64,000 nt of DNA from the NCBI GenBank assembly GCA_001784175.1, contig MFPR01000030.1, forward strand, positions 62,001-126,000, given 5' to 3'. The notes below the pieces were generated by a model. The model was not told where the DNA came from and did not search any database. It saw only the letters and a program-made list of their open reading frames with translations. The translations under genes were made by a program, and so were the position numbers. This document shows positions 37,236-47,700 of this stretch, in pieces. The stretch's first letter is position 1; the number at the start of each line of letters is the position of its first letter. The DNA comes from Candidatus Lindowbacteria bacterium RIFCSPLOWO2_12_FULL_62_27 (lineage in GTDB: Bacteria; Lindowbacteria; 2-12-FULL-62-27).

Positions 37236-39983
37236 ATGTTCGTGAGGGTCTCCACTTGGGGACTATTGATTGTCTGGATCATTGGGAACACCGCGTGGGC
37301 GGCGACGACGCGCCCGCTGGACGACTGGTTTGACCCGTCGCTGCCGCTGTTCGCCTCCGATCTCATCTACGACGCGCGCCGAAATCAAATTTATGTCGCG
37401 GACCAGATCTCGGCGCAGGTGTTCGCCTTTTCGCCCGGCGATTCCACCGCGAAGCCGCTCGGCCTGACCGGATTTTCTCCGGCCCGTTCGGAGGCGCTCG
37501 AGCTTCTGGGCAACGGTCCCTTCCGCGAAAAATTATTGGGCGGCGAGCTTCGGCTGGAGCTGGAACCGGACGGGCTGTTTTTGTACGACGGCCGGAAAGT
37601 GTTCGGCAGCGACCGGTGGATTCAGATGGATGTTTCCCGCGGCCCCGGTTCCGCCCAGCCGGTCCGGCCCGCGCGGCGGGACATGACGCCCGGCCCGCGA
37701 GACCAGGATCAGAGCCTGCTGGCGGAGGCGGTGGCCGATCTGGCCGGGCGCGGGCGGCGGGTGAAACCGTGGCGATGGTCGGCGCGAAACCATACGTTTC
37801 AACTGATCGACGCGGAGGGGCGCGCGTATGTGTTCAGCGTGGAGTCACGCGGGTCCGGGCAAAACAGGTTGCGGTGGATCGCCGAACTCGACAGCCTCTT
37901 TGCGCGTTTGACCAACCTCCTGCAGGCGGAACTTCGCCCGGAAAAATCGGGCGCCCTCCACATCCGAACCGGCCGCAACCGCTGGACAGCCACGGTCGCC
38001 GATGATCCGTTCACCGGGGAACGTGTCCTCAACGTGGAGCCGGACACGGCCGGATCGCCGGCACGCCCGTACAAACCGCCGAAGACGCCGGGCCGCCCGA
38101 ACCTGCCGCTCGGTTGGTCCGATTATTTCCAGCGGCTCAATCTGCTGGTGGAGGGTCCGGCCGGCCAGTTGATTTTCGGCCGGATGCGTCTGACGCATTC
38201 GGGCGACAAATCGTTCGTGATGATTTCCCAAGGGGGCCGGATTCGCCTGTTTCCCTGGGACGGCGCCGAACCCAGCCCGGAGGAAGTGGTGATTTTGCCG
38301 GAAGGCTTTCTGGTCCAAGCGCCGCCGTACTGGCTCGCCGCAGGATGGACGAGTGAATTTACGGGCCTCTTGGATTTGGGCAACAGCCGGTTTCAGCGGC
38401 TGGCGCCGATCGTGTCCGGCGCTCCGGGCGGATCGCCCTCGGCGGCCGAGCCGGACCGAACGGAGGCCACCGGCCTGACCGCCGGCCTTTTCGTTCTCGA
38501 CGCCGAAAACCCGGCGCTGACGGAGTGGCCCATTTTGGAATGGCCGAGACTCTCGCTGCCGGAAGAGATGCTGATGACGGCGGAGCCGCAGGACCTCACG
38601 GTCACCGGCGCGGGCGAGGTGTATGTTCTGGCGAAGGACGAAGACCGCGGCCTGCGGTTGTTCCGCATGGGCGTCGCGCCGGAGCCCGTTCTGGATCTGC
38701 CGGATGACGTGCTGCCGGAATTTTTGTCGGGCGTTGAAATCACGTTGAATTCGCAGGACGAAAAGAAGCGCACGCTGTGGACAGTGGCCGGCCATCCGCC
38801 GGCGCTGGTCCGAAAAGGCCGGCTGGACCTGGGCTGGCAGGTGGGACAGGGGATTTACTGGCGGTACGAGCCGGAAGGGGTCATCCTGTTTTCGACCGAT
38901 CCCACCGGCGAGAGCGACACGGCGCTGACGGTCCAGATCGAAGGCGCGGACGTCAGCCGGGCGCTGCGGCTCGGGGATGCGAATTGGGTTCTGGAGACCG
39001 AATCCGGAATTTTCATTCTGGACGCCGCCGATCCCACCGCGCCGGACATCCTGCCGGTGGACGAAGAAGGCCGGGGCCTTCGGCCGGCCGCCCAGGGCGC
39101 GATCTTTGAAGTCCCCGGCGCCGGCGCCGTCCAGGTGTGGGAGGTCGGGCAGGACGGGAACAAAAAATCTTTGGGCCGGTTCCGCGAATCGTGGGCCGCG
39201 CTTGGCGCCGACGCGCACCGGATTTTTTTCCGCGACCGGTCCGCGCACAAGTTGCATGTGGTGCGCCGGTCCGCGAAGCCGACCGAGGATGAGATCGGCC
39301 AGATGACGGGCCGGTTGAATTTCGATTACGACGATCCCACGCCCGTGCTGCTCGTGGCGGTCGGCGGCGAAGCCCACGCCATGCTGGTGCGCCCGAAGGC
39401 GCCGACGTACCTCTTGGGGCCGATGCCCTACGGAATGTATCGGATGGACGTCTCGGCCGGATTTTTCGATTTTCCGGGGCCCACCGTGTTTTCCCTCATC
39501 CAGCCGGAGATGTCGCCGCCCGACATGCGGCTCGTGAAAACGCTCGATTTCATTTACCGCCGCGCAATCCACTTTCACGAGTCCGGCAACCTGGAACTCG
39601 CGCGGTTCAATTACGAGCTGTATCTTTCGCTCTACCCCTCCGGCCGGTCCGTCCATGACGCGCGGTCGGCGCTCCTGGCGCTCTACGCCGACGAGGAGCG
39701 ATGGGACGAGATGATCGAGTTTTACCGCAAGTCGCCTCCCGAAACGCGCTGGACGTTTCCGGTCCTCCTCCTGCTGCTCGACCGCCTGCCGCGTCTGGCC
39801 GACCGGCTGGAGATCGCGAAGAAGAGTCTCACGATCGCGCCGCAGGACGAGGGCGCGGCGGCCATTTTGTTTTTTCTTTACAAGCACACGCTCGATGCGT
39901 CCTTCAAGTCCGGGCTGGACCGGATCGGCGTTCCGCCGGTCTACCGCAGATTTTTTGAAAGTTTCGACCGGAGCCGCCTGTGA
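37236..39983 (+). CDS. Large secreted hypothetical protein (beta-rich body, C-terminal TPR-like helices)
   Basis: Signal peptide ending AWA; long open frame; IYRRAIHFHESGNLELARFNYELYLSLYPSG is TPR-like. Confidence 0.7.
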   Translation: MFVRVSTWGLLIVWIIGNTAWAATTRPLDDWFDPSLPLFASDLIYDARRNQIYVADQISAQVFAFSPGDSTAKPLGLTGFSPARSEALELLGNGPFREKLLGGELRLELEPDGLFLYDGRKVFGSDRWIQMDVSRGPGSAQPVRPARRDMTPGPRDQDQSLLAEAVADLAGRGRRVKPWRWSARNHTFQLIDAEGRAYVFSVESRGSGQNRLRWIAELDSLFARLTNLLQAELRPEKSGALHIRTGRNRWTATVADDPFTGERVLNVEPDTAGSPARPYKPPKTPGRPNLPLGWSDYFQRLNLLVEGPAGQLIFGRMRLTHSGDKSFVMISQGGRIRLFPWDGAEPSPEEVVILPEGFLVQAPPYWLAAGWTSEFTGLLDLGNSRFQRLAPIVSGAPGGSPSAAEPDRTEATGLTAGLFVLDAENPALTEWPILEWPRLSLPEEMLMTAEPQDLTVTGAGEVYVLAKDEDRGLRLFRMGVAPEPVLDLPDDVLPEFLSGVEITLNSQDEKKRTLWTVAGHPPALVRKGRLDLGWQVGQGIYWRYEPEGVILFSTDPTGESDTALTVQIEGADVSRALRLGDANWVLETESGIFILDAADPTAPDILPVDEEGRGLRPAAQGAIFEVPGAGAVQVWEVGQDGNKKSLGRFRESWAALGADAHRIFFRDRSAHKLHVVRRSAKPTEDEIGQMTGRLNFDYDDPTPVLLVAVGGEAHAMLVRPKAPTYLLGPMPYGMYRMDVSAGFFDFPGPTVFSLIQPEMSPPDMRLVKTLDFIYRRAIHFHESGNLELARFNYELYLSLYPSGRSVHDARSALLALYADEERWDEMIEFYRKSPPETRWTFPVLLLLLDRLPRLADRLEIAKKSLTIAPQDEGAAAILFFLYKHTLDASFKSGLDRIGVPPVYRRFFESFDRSRL

Positions 39984-41170
39984 GATCGGCCTTTCGGTCG
40001 GCGATTCTCCTGGCCGTTCTGATCGCGCTGATCGCGACCTACCGGAAACTCAAGGTCGAAGAGCAACAGGCGCGCGCCGGGAAGGCGGACGCGCCCGCGG
40101 CGACGCTGGCAGATCGAATCCGGACGTTGCCCGAACCGCCGTCTACCTGGCGTCTTCTGGAAACCGCGCCGGACGAAATGAACCTCGACGACCTCCCGGA
40201 CGTTCGGGACGCGGTGATGGAGCTGCTGGAGTCGGCGCAGACGCGGGTGACATTCGAAAGTTATTTCCTGAAAAAATCCCTGGGCCGGCCCGCCCGGTGG
40301 TTGCTGGACGCGCCGGGCCGCGGCATCCACGTGCTCGGCGTCGTGCATCCGAACCCGATGAGCGACGCGCCGTTTCTCGACGAACTCCGGGCTGCGGGCG
40401 CTCAGATCATCGAACGCGATTTCGCGCCGCTCGGGGGCAATCCGGGAGATGGATACATCCACGCCAAATTCATCATCGCCGACGGCGCGCGCGGATATCT
40501 CGGCAGCGCCAACCTGGGCGCGGCCGCGATGACGGCCAACCGCGAGATGGGACTCTACTTCGAGGACGCCTCCATCGCCCAGACGCTGGAACTCATGGCC
40601 GGGTTCGACGCCGGCCAGATCAGCAAGGGCCTGTCGGCCGACATCCACACCGCCGTGCTGCTCCAGGGGGCGGCCGACGGATTTGCGGTGGAGGGCCTGC
40701 CGCGCTGCGAGGAGGGCATCGCGGCGCTATGCGACCTGGCCGAGCGCGAGATCGACATCATGATGTTCACGTTCAGCCACCAGTTCGGCCACTACGCGGC
40801 GATCGCCAGCCCCGTGCGCGCGGCGATCCGGCGCGGCGTGAAGGTCCGCCTGATCCACGAGTCTTCGACGATGCGCGAATTGCAGGGCGTCGCGCCGACG
40901 CTGAAGGACATGCGCCAATGGGGCGTGGAGATCCGCCTCGCCGACCTTTCGACGCTGGGCGGCCGGCCAAAAGGCCAGTATCACGCCAAGGCGATGCGGG
41001 TGGACGACGAGTACGTCATGATCGGCAGCAACAACTGGACCGACGCCGGCTCGCACGAAAACCGAGAAACCGCGCTGATCGTCCGGTCCAGACACATGAC
41101 GGGACAGTTCATCAAGCGCTTTAGCGCCGACTGGCGCGCCACGCACGTGATCAAGCCGTACGTGCATTAG
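39980..41170 (+). CDS. Phospholipase D superfamily protein with N-terminal anchor
   Basis: Two HKD motifs: HAKFIIADG..LGSAN and HAKAMRVDD..IGSNN. Confidence 0.9.
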   Translation: MRSAFRSAILLAVLIALIATYRKLKVEEQQARAGKADAPAATLADRIRTLPEPPSTWRLLETAPDEMNLDDLPDVRDAVMELLESAQTRVTFESYFLKKSLGRPARWLLDAPGRGIHVLGVVHPNPMSDAPFLDELRAAGAQIIERDFAPLGGNPGDGYIHAKFIIADGARGYLGSANLGAAAMTANREMGLYFEDASIAQTLELMAGFDAGQISKGLSADIHTAVLLQGAADGFAVEGLPRCEEGIAALCDLAEREIDIMMFTFSHQFGHYAAIASPVRAAIRRGVKVRLIHESSTMRELQGVAPTLKDMRQWGVEIRLADLSTLGGRPKGQYHAKAMRVDDEYVMIGSNNWTDAGSHENRETALIVRSRHMTGQFIKRFSADWRATHVIKPYVH

Positions 41171-42969
41171 GCGTATTCGATTGGGATGTCAATGTTACAT
41201 TGTTGCAGAATGACCCTCGGGTCGGCTTTCTCCGCGCTCACCCGTTTCATGTAGGTTTTCCCGTCGTCCAGCGTCACGGTGAATTCGATGACGCCGCCAT
41301 CCTGCGTCTGATGGGAGGCGGCGCGGATGGTTTGGATCTTCGATTTTTCTTTTGACAGCCATCCTTCGAAGGCTTCCGGCGAAACGCCCGTGTCGCGCCA
41401 GAACTCTATTTGGTCGAACGGCACTTCCTTGAACCGCGCGATCACGAACTCCCGGTCGAGAAACGCCAGGAAGCTGCCCGCTTTCGGGCCCGACTCGCGG
41501 TCCAGCAGCGTCCGGTAGATGGACTGGAAGGCCGGCGGCTGGTCGATCGGGGTCAGGCGCGCGGCGTCAAAGATTGCTTTCTGAAGCGCCGTGTCCGACC
41601 ACTCGGCCTTGGGCAGGGCGTCCGCCAGGACGCGCAAAAATCCCCGCTGGGCCGGCGTGAGCGACGCGGCGCGCGCCGGCAGAGTTGACAGCAGCCGCAT
41701 CTTCTCCTCCTCGGCCGCGTAGCGGTCCAGCCAATAGCGCGCGGCCTGGACGCGGCGGTCGAGATGCCGGCGCTCGGCCGGAGAGAGCGGCGCACCCTTG
41801 CGTTTTTCGACTTCGGCCACAAGATCCATGTGCGGCATCTGGACCAGCATGATGACGATGTGGAAATTTTCCGCGTAATAGTCATTCTCGGACTTGACCT
41901 CGGAGAGCCGGTAGACCAGTTTCTCGTCCTCGATCGCCTTCGGATCATGAAAGGCCCGGTGGTGGGCGCGGTCAAAGTCGTTGAAGAGTTTCACGATGAA
42001 TTCCTCATCCAGCGTCACGTTCAGCGGCCGGTTGGGTTGCGTTCTCAGGATCAAGAAGCGCAGGACCTCCGGCGGCAGGAAGTCCGCCATTTCGCGGGCC
42101 ATGGCGCCGATTCCCCGCGACGAGCTCATCTTGGCGCCGCCGACCAGGAAAAATTCGTAAGGGATGTTGACCGGCGGCGACAGGCCGAAAATTTCCCGGA
42201 GGCACGCAGACGAAACATCCCGCGCGCCGCCCCGGGTGTTGTGGTCCTTCCCCGCGCCCTCGATCGTCACCGGGAATGTCCGCCACTTGGCAACCCACTC
42301 GAGCTTCCACGGAAGTTTGCCACGGCCGTCGAACGGCGAGACTTTCCCGCGATGCCCGCATCCGCGCGCCCATTGGACGAGGTCGGGCCGGCAGACGTAC
42401 TCGACCTCCTTGCCGTCATAGGCCGTGACTTCCGTCGTGCCGAGCCGCCCGCACTTCTCACAGATCGCCTGAAACGGATACCACGTTTCGGACCGTTTCG
42501 ATCCGCTGACCTCGAGATAGACGCGGCGCACAACGTCCGCGCGCCGCAGGATCGCGTCGATCACTTCGTCGAATTTGCCCGAACGGTACAGGTCCCGCAT
42601 CCGATAGGGCTCGGCCTGAACGCCCAGTTCGGCGAACACGTCAAAGAATTCCCGGATGTAATGCTCCGCCATATCCGATGCGGCGGATCCGGGAGGCGGC
42701 GGCACGTTGCAGAGGGGCGCGCCCAGATATTTTTCAAAATGTTCCCGTTCCGCGTCGCCCGCCGGGATTTCGTCCAGCGGATCGTAATCGTCCACTCCGA
42801 ACAAAAACCGCGCCGGAACGCCGCGGCTCTTCAGGACGCGGAACACCGCATCGTGAATGATCACGCCCCGGAGCGCCCCGACGTGAACCCGGCCGGAGGG
42901 AGTTTTGGAGTCGTTGATGATCTGAGGTTCAGCGCCTCGGATTTTGGCGGCAATGTCGGAAAACCACAT
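41167..42969 (-). CDS. lysS: Class I lysine--tRNA ligase
   Basis: SKTPSGRVHVG (HIGH-like), CEKCG/CGH zinc motifs, GKLPWKLEW, GAGKDH, KMSSSRG, GPK. Confidence 0.95.
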   Translation of the reverse strand: MWFSDIAAKIRGAEPQIINDSKTPSGRVHVGALRGVIIHDAVFRVLKSRGVPARFLFGVDDYDPLDEIPAGDAEREHFEKYLGAPLCNVPPPPGSAASDMAEHYIREFFDVFAELGVQAEPYRMRDLYRSGKFDEVIDAILRRADVVRRVYLEVSGSKRSETWYPFQAICEKCGRLGTTEVTAYDGKEVEYVCRPDLVQWARGCGHRGKVSPFDGRGKLPWKLEWVAKWRTFPVTIEGAGKDHNTRGGARDVSSACLREIFGLSPPVNIPYEFFLVGGAKMSSSRGIGAMAREMADFLPPEVLRFLILRTQPNRPLNVTLDEEFIVKLFNDFDRAHHRAFHDPKAIEDEKLVYRLSEVKSENDYYAENFHIVIMLVQMPHMDLVAEVEKRKGAPLSPAERRHLDRRVQAARYWLDRYAAEEEKMRLLSTLPARAASLTPAQRGFLRVLADALPKAEWSDTALQKAIFDAARLTPIDQPPAFQSIYRTLLDRESGPKAGSFLAFLDREFVIARFKEVPFDQIEFWRDTGVSPEAFEGWLSKEKSKIQTIRAASHQTQDGGVIEFTVTLDDGKTYMKRVSAEKADPRVILQQCNIDIPIEYA

Positions 42970-43064
42970 ATGGACCGAACCTGTCTCCTTTCTACAGTTC
43001 TCCAGCGCCGCCATATTAATATTGTATATATATATAAGGAAAGCCCGATTTGGATCGTTTCTGG

Positions 43065-43093
43065 TTGCATCCCGGGCCTCCTGCTGGTACGCT
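43065..43093 (+). promoter_or_regulatory. Sigma70-type promoter for the candidate structured RNA
   Basis: TTGCAT-17-TACGCT with a TG extension; a GTACGC/GCGTAC inverted repeat overlaps the -10. Confidence 0.55.
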
Positions 43094-43099
43094 CCGCGT

Positions 43100-43326
43100 A
43101 CACTAGAAAGGAGGTGGTCCCAGCCTTGAGTAGAACAAACACGACCAGTGAGGTGCCTGAACGTTAGGCTTTCCACCTGACCTTTCACAACGGTAGCCGT
43201 CAGGTGGGTCGGCCGCGCAAGCGGCCGTCGCCTTGCGGAATTCAAACAGGTTACCGGACCCGGAAGCCCCCCGGCACAGGTCACCGGGGGCGGCCTCACT
43301 GGCCGAAAAAGCTTCTGGGTTTTTTT
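43100..43326 (+). ncRNA. Candidate structured RNA containing an extended anti-16S tract, a 13-aa sORF and a pseudoknotted domain
   Basis: Intergenic, bounded by a promoter and a T7 tract; five nested helices plus an 8-bp pseudoknot; G-U pairs and a GCAA tetraloop favour the + strand. Confidence 0.65.
43126..43167 (+). CDS. Candidate 13-aa small ORF, MSRTNTTSEVPER
   Basis: TTG start after AGAAAGGAGGTG; TAG at 43165-43167. Confidence 0.4.
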   Translation: MSRTNTTSEVPER

Positions 43327-43350
43327 ATGCCCGCAGGCAATTTCCAGCCC

Positions 43351-44610
43351 CTACCCCGGCAGGCGGCGGCGGATGATCTCTTTGATGCGATCCGGCACGC
43401 AGGGATTCAACACAAGCTTCTCCATCGCCTCCGCCTGGTCGATCTTGTCACGGATGAGCCACGCGACCACCGGCGGGTCCAGTTTCTGGCGCACGAGAAC
43501 CAGGAGGTCGGCCATTGAAATGAGTTTATACCGGACAGCCACGTTCTCGACCGCGGCCGCGTCCGCCAGCTCGTAACAGGCGACGTGGGGATCGAGCGCG
43601 GCGTCCTCCTCAGGCGCCACCGGTTCCGGCGCCGCGCTTTCGCGGGTGAGGTGATGGGCGTAATCGGTGACGAACTCGCCGAGCCGGGCGACGGCCACAT
43701 CGAGGAGTTCCGGTTTCGACATATCCGCGTATTCGGTTTCGATCTCGTTCAATTCGTCCTCCAGGTGCGGCTGGTCGGGGGGGATGCGGCCATGCAGGTC
43801 GAGGATCAGTTTTTTGCAAGCCGACCGTTTCATGTCCATCTCGCGCTTGACGATGCCCTCGATCAACATCTTGATTTTGTCGTCCGTCAAATCCTTTTCC
43901 GCCGCCGCGCCGATGAAAAAAACGTCCGTGAAAAACCGGAACGTCAGGAGCCGGATGAGAAAACGGATGATCTTGTCGAAGATCGGCGCGAACCGGTAAT
44001 CGATTTCGTCGATCGCGTCCTGGCAGAGCTTGATCCGCTTCAACTTCTCCTCCGGCGACATCGGCGAGAGCTCCAGGAGGCCCATGGCCTTGTTGAAATG
44101 CTTCTTGGCCAGCGCGAAGTTGTCCATCACGCCCTGTTCGCCGCGGAGGTACCGGAACACGCCGGCGTTGAGGTGGGCGTCGGCCGTGTTGGATTTGGCG
44201 GATTCGAAAAAAAACTGCTCGGCCACCGCATCCTTGCCCCACCGGTGATACAGCGCGCCCAGCATCTGCAGGTCCTCCGGCAAAAGAAACGTCGCGTTGA
44301 TTTCGTCGATGATGTAGAGGGGAATCTCGCTGATGAAATGGAGCGGCCGGCATTCGGGTTTGGTCCGGTACTTCTGCCAGATCGCCTTGTTCAGTTTCTC
44401 GTATTTCCGGATCAGAACATTCCCCAGCCCGTCCTTGACGGTCTCCACCAGCCGCGGCGTCTGGCCCTCCACGTTGATCTTCTTGTCGAGATAGGACCGG
44501 TCGGCAAGAATGAAGAGATTCACCGCGTCCTTCGCCGCCGGCGCCTCCTCGGGCGATTCCTGTCCCGTCGATTGTGGTGGCACACCTGGTTCCGCTGCTT
44601 CCTGAGCCAT
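43351..44610 (-). CDS. Hypothetical helical (TPR-like) protein
   Basis: Protein-like from MAQEAAEPG; LGALYHRWG..AEQFF and AHLNAGVFRY are TPR-like; the upstream part of the tracked ORF is antisense to the cyclase. Confidence 0.75.
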   Translation of the reverse strand: MAQEAAEPGVPPQSTGQESPEEAPAAKDAVNLFILADRSYLDKKINVEGQTPRLVETVKDGLGNVLIRKYEKLNKAIWQKYRTKPECRPLHFISEIPLYIIDEINATFLLPEDLQMLGALYHRWGKDAVAEQFFFESAKSNTADAHLNAGVFRYLRGEQGVMDNFALAKKHFNKAMGLLELSPMSPEEKLKRIKLCQDAIDEIDYRFAPIFDKIIRFLIRLLTFRFFTDVFFIGAAAEKDLTDDKIKMLIEGIVKREMDMKRSACKKLILDLHGRIPPDQPHLEDELNEIETEYADMSKPELLDVAVARLGEFVTDYAHHLTRESAAPEPVAPEEDAALDPHVACYELADAAAVENVAVRYKLISMADLLVLVRQKLDPPVVAWLIRDKIDQAEAMEKLVLNPCVPDRIKEIIRRRLPG

Positions 44611-44706
44611 GACAGAGGAGAGGATACCAAAAACCGGCGTCAAATGTGAATGTGCGCGGATATTTTTGACTTCCGCAGGACGCATCCGCATGGGATGATC
44701 GGTCCA

Positions 44707-47700
44707 ATGGCAGAGACACGCGTATTCAGTCCCTTCATTCCGCCTCATCTTCTGCGGGAGCTTTCGGCGGGTCGCACGGCCCTGGAAGGAGACCGCGTCC
44801 TGGAGGGGGCGTTTCTGTTTTCGGACATATCCGGATTTACGGCCCTGTCCGAAAAATTGTCGGCCGCAGGCGCGGAAGGTGCCGAACGGATCGCGCACGA
44901 GATCAACCGGTGTTTCGATCCGCTCCTGAACCTGATGGACCGGCATGGCGGCAGTGTTCTCCGATTCGGCGGCGACGCGCTCCTGGTCTATTTCCCGGAA
45001 TCCGACGGCCTGTCCTGCCGGCACGCCCGGGCGGCGGCAAGCGCTGTGGTTCGAACCGTCACGACCATGAAGCCGGTGGAGACGCCGGGCGGGGCTGTCA
45101 AGCTCGGCGTCAAGGTCGGGCTGCACCGCGGACGTATCTTGGGCTTCGTCGCCCGGCTGGACAACACGCGAACCGAATACGTGACGCTCGGCGCCGCGCT
45201 GAACCGGCTGGCCGAATGCGAATCGGCGGCCGAGCGTGGGCAGGTGGTCGCGTCGGCTGATTTTCGGCGTGAGATCGGCGCGGGGAATCCACAAGAGTTG
45301 GATCGGCTGAGCCGGCCCGCGCGCCGTTTGGGTTCGGCGCCGAATATCACGCCAGCGAAACTGACGGGGTTTCTCCCCGCCCCGATTGCGGCCCGGCAGA
45401 CGCTCCTCGGCGAGCAGGCGGCGTGGCTGGCCGAAATGCGGCGCGTGACGGCCATGTTCATCAATGTCGATGGACTCGGCCGGCTGGCCGACCGGGCGGT
45501 CGCGCAGATACGGAGTGGAGACATCAACGCCGGGCGTGCGATCGTCCGGCAGATGGAATCATACTTTGCGGCCGTTCACGCCATCGCCGCCCTGCACGGC
45601 GGGTTTTTCTTCTCCACGGATTTGTACGACCACGGGGACAAGGTCATTTGTGTCTTCGGCGCGCCCGTGAGTCACGAGCGCGATGAGGAACACGCTGTCG
45701 ACGCGGCGAGGGACATTGCGAAGCTGCCCGAAAAAATGGGAATGCCGATCCGACAGCGCATCGGATTGAACAGCGGCCAGGCGTTTTGCGGGCTCATCGG
45801 CAACCGGCAGAGACGCGTCTATACGGTCATGGGAGACACCATCAACACGGCCGCCAGATGCATGTCGGCGGCGAGATGGCGGCGCGACGGCGCTGAAATC
45901 CTCACGCACGAAAACACGCTGGCGCGAACCCGCGGGCGGTACACGGGAACGCGGCGCGCGTTTGCGGCCAAAGGCAAATCGAAACCGGTTCCCGTCATGT
46001 CCGTGCGGGGCGAGCGGCCGTCCGCCGACATGGGCGTCGATTCGGGGCTGATCGGGCGGGACGAAGAGCGCCGGCGGATCGAATCGATGTTCGCCTCCGG
46101 AAAAGGATTCATCCTCGATCTGGCCGGAGACGCCGGGGTCGGCAAGAGCACCCTGCTCCGGTTCGCCGCCAAACTCTGGCAGACCGAAGGCGGCCGCGTC
46201 ATCGCGGCGGATTGCCTGCCGGTCGGCGCGACCGCGCCTTTTTTCCCGTGGCGCCGGGCGCTGTGGAATTATTTTTCGTTCGGCGACGATCCCGATCCCG
46301 CCCGTGTCCGGCGGGCGCTCGGGGAACTCGGAGGCCTCGCGCCGGACGATGCGGCGCTGGTGGCCGAGATGATCGGCGTCGAGATCGGCCGCCGGCCGCC
46401 GCCGCTCGACCCCAAACAGGCGGTCGAACGCCGGCTCGCGATACTTCGCCGGATCGTCGAGCGCGACCCGCGGGCGCTCTGGGTCTTCGAGGACGTCCAC
46501 TGGCTCGACGCGAACTCGGTGGACCTCCTGCGCCGCCTCGCAAAGGATCGCGCGCCCTGCCGCGTGATGGTCACGCACAGGCCCGGCCAGGAGATTTTTG
46601 ACGCGGGAGCGCCGGCGACGTCCCTGGGATTAAAACCATTCGGATTGAAAGAGTCCGGCGAGCTGGCCACCCGGATGCTGGGCGCGCGCGCTCTTCGCGA
46701 GTCGACGCTGGAGTCGCTGCACGCCAAATCGGAAGGCAACCCTTTTTATCTGGTGGAGCTGTACCGCTGGATTCTGGAACGCGGTGCGGAGTCGAGCATC
46801 CCGGACTCGATCAGTGCCGTCCTGCAGAGCCGCGTCGACCGGCTGCCTGACATTGACCGCGAGACGCTTCGGGCCGCCGCCGTCATCGGCAGGGGTTTCT
46901 TTCGCGATCTTCTGGCGGACGTGCTGCCGGTACGGGTGACGCAGGAGAAATTGAGGGAAATTCTGGGCCGGCTGGAGACCTCGGATTTTGTGCGGCTTCT
47001 GGGCGGGAACCAGTATGAATTCCGCCACGTCCTGACGCAGGAATCCGTCTACGAATCGATGACCACGGACCTCCGGCGGCGCCTCCACGGGCAGATCGCA
47101 CGCAGGCTCGAACGGCGCAAACAGGCCAACCACGTTCTGCTGGCGCATCACTTCGATCGCGCGGGGGTCGGCCCCAGCGCCATCGAGCATTTGGAGTTGG
47201 CCGGGCGGCAGGCCCAGAAAGTGTACGGCAATGACGACGCGATTCGCTGTTATTCGCGGGCCATCGACTGGCTCCAAAAAGAATCTGCGGTCCGGCAGAG
47301 GCTTCGCAAGCTCGCGGAGATTTTTCTCCGCCGCGCGGATGCGCACAAGGCCATCGGGCGCTTCGCGCAGGCCCGGGCGGACTGCATGGCCGCGGAGCGG
47401 ATCCATCTGAAAACGGCCGACATGGTTTCCGCAGCGCTCGCCAGAGACGCCGCGGGCGTGTGTCTTCAGCGGGAAGGCCGGCACCGCGAGGCGCACGCCT
47501 GTTCGGAGCAGGCGCTCCGGAGACTGCGGCGCGCCGGCTCGCCGCCCGAGGCGCTCGCCCGATGCCTCAACAGCCTGACCATCGCCAACTGGTATTCCGG
47601 CCGGACGGCGCTCGCGATCGAATACGGCGAGGAATCCATCCGCATTCGCCGCCGGCTCAAAGACCCAAAGCAACTCTCGCTGGGACTCTTTGCCCTTGGA

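Noticed and set aside
43105-43125. 16S rRNA gene fragment
   Set aside because: Similarity is limited to about 20 nt of the 3' tail; no other rRNA sequence is adjacent.
42970-43302. T-box or lysine riboswitch upstream of lysS on the minus strand
   Set aside because: A TGGGACC T-box-like bulge exists, but the flanking helices, stem I motifs and lysine-aptamer core do not fit; G-U pairs and the GNRA loop favour the + strand. Not formally excluded without Infernal.
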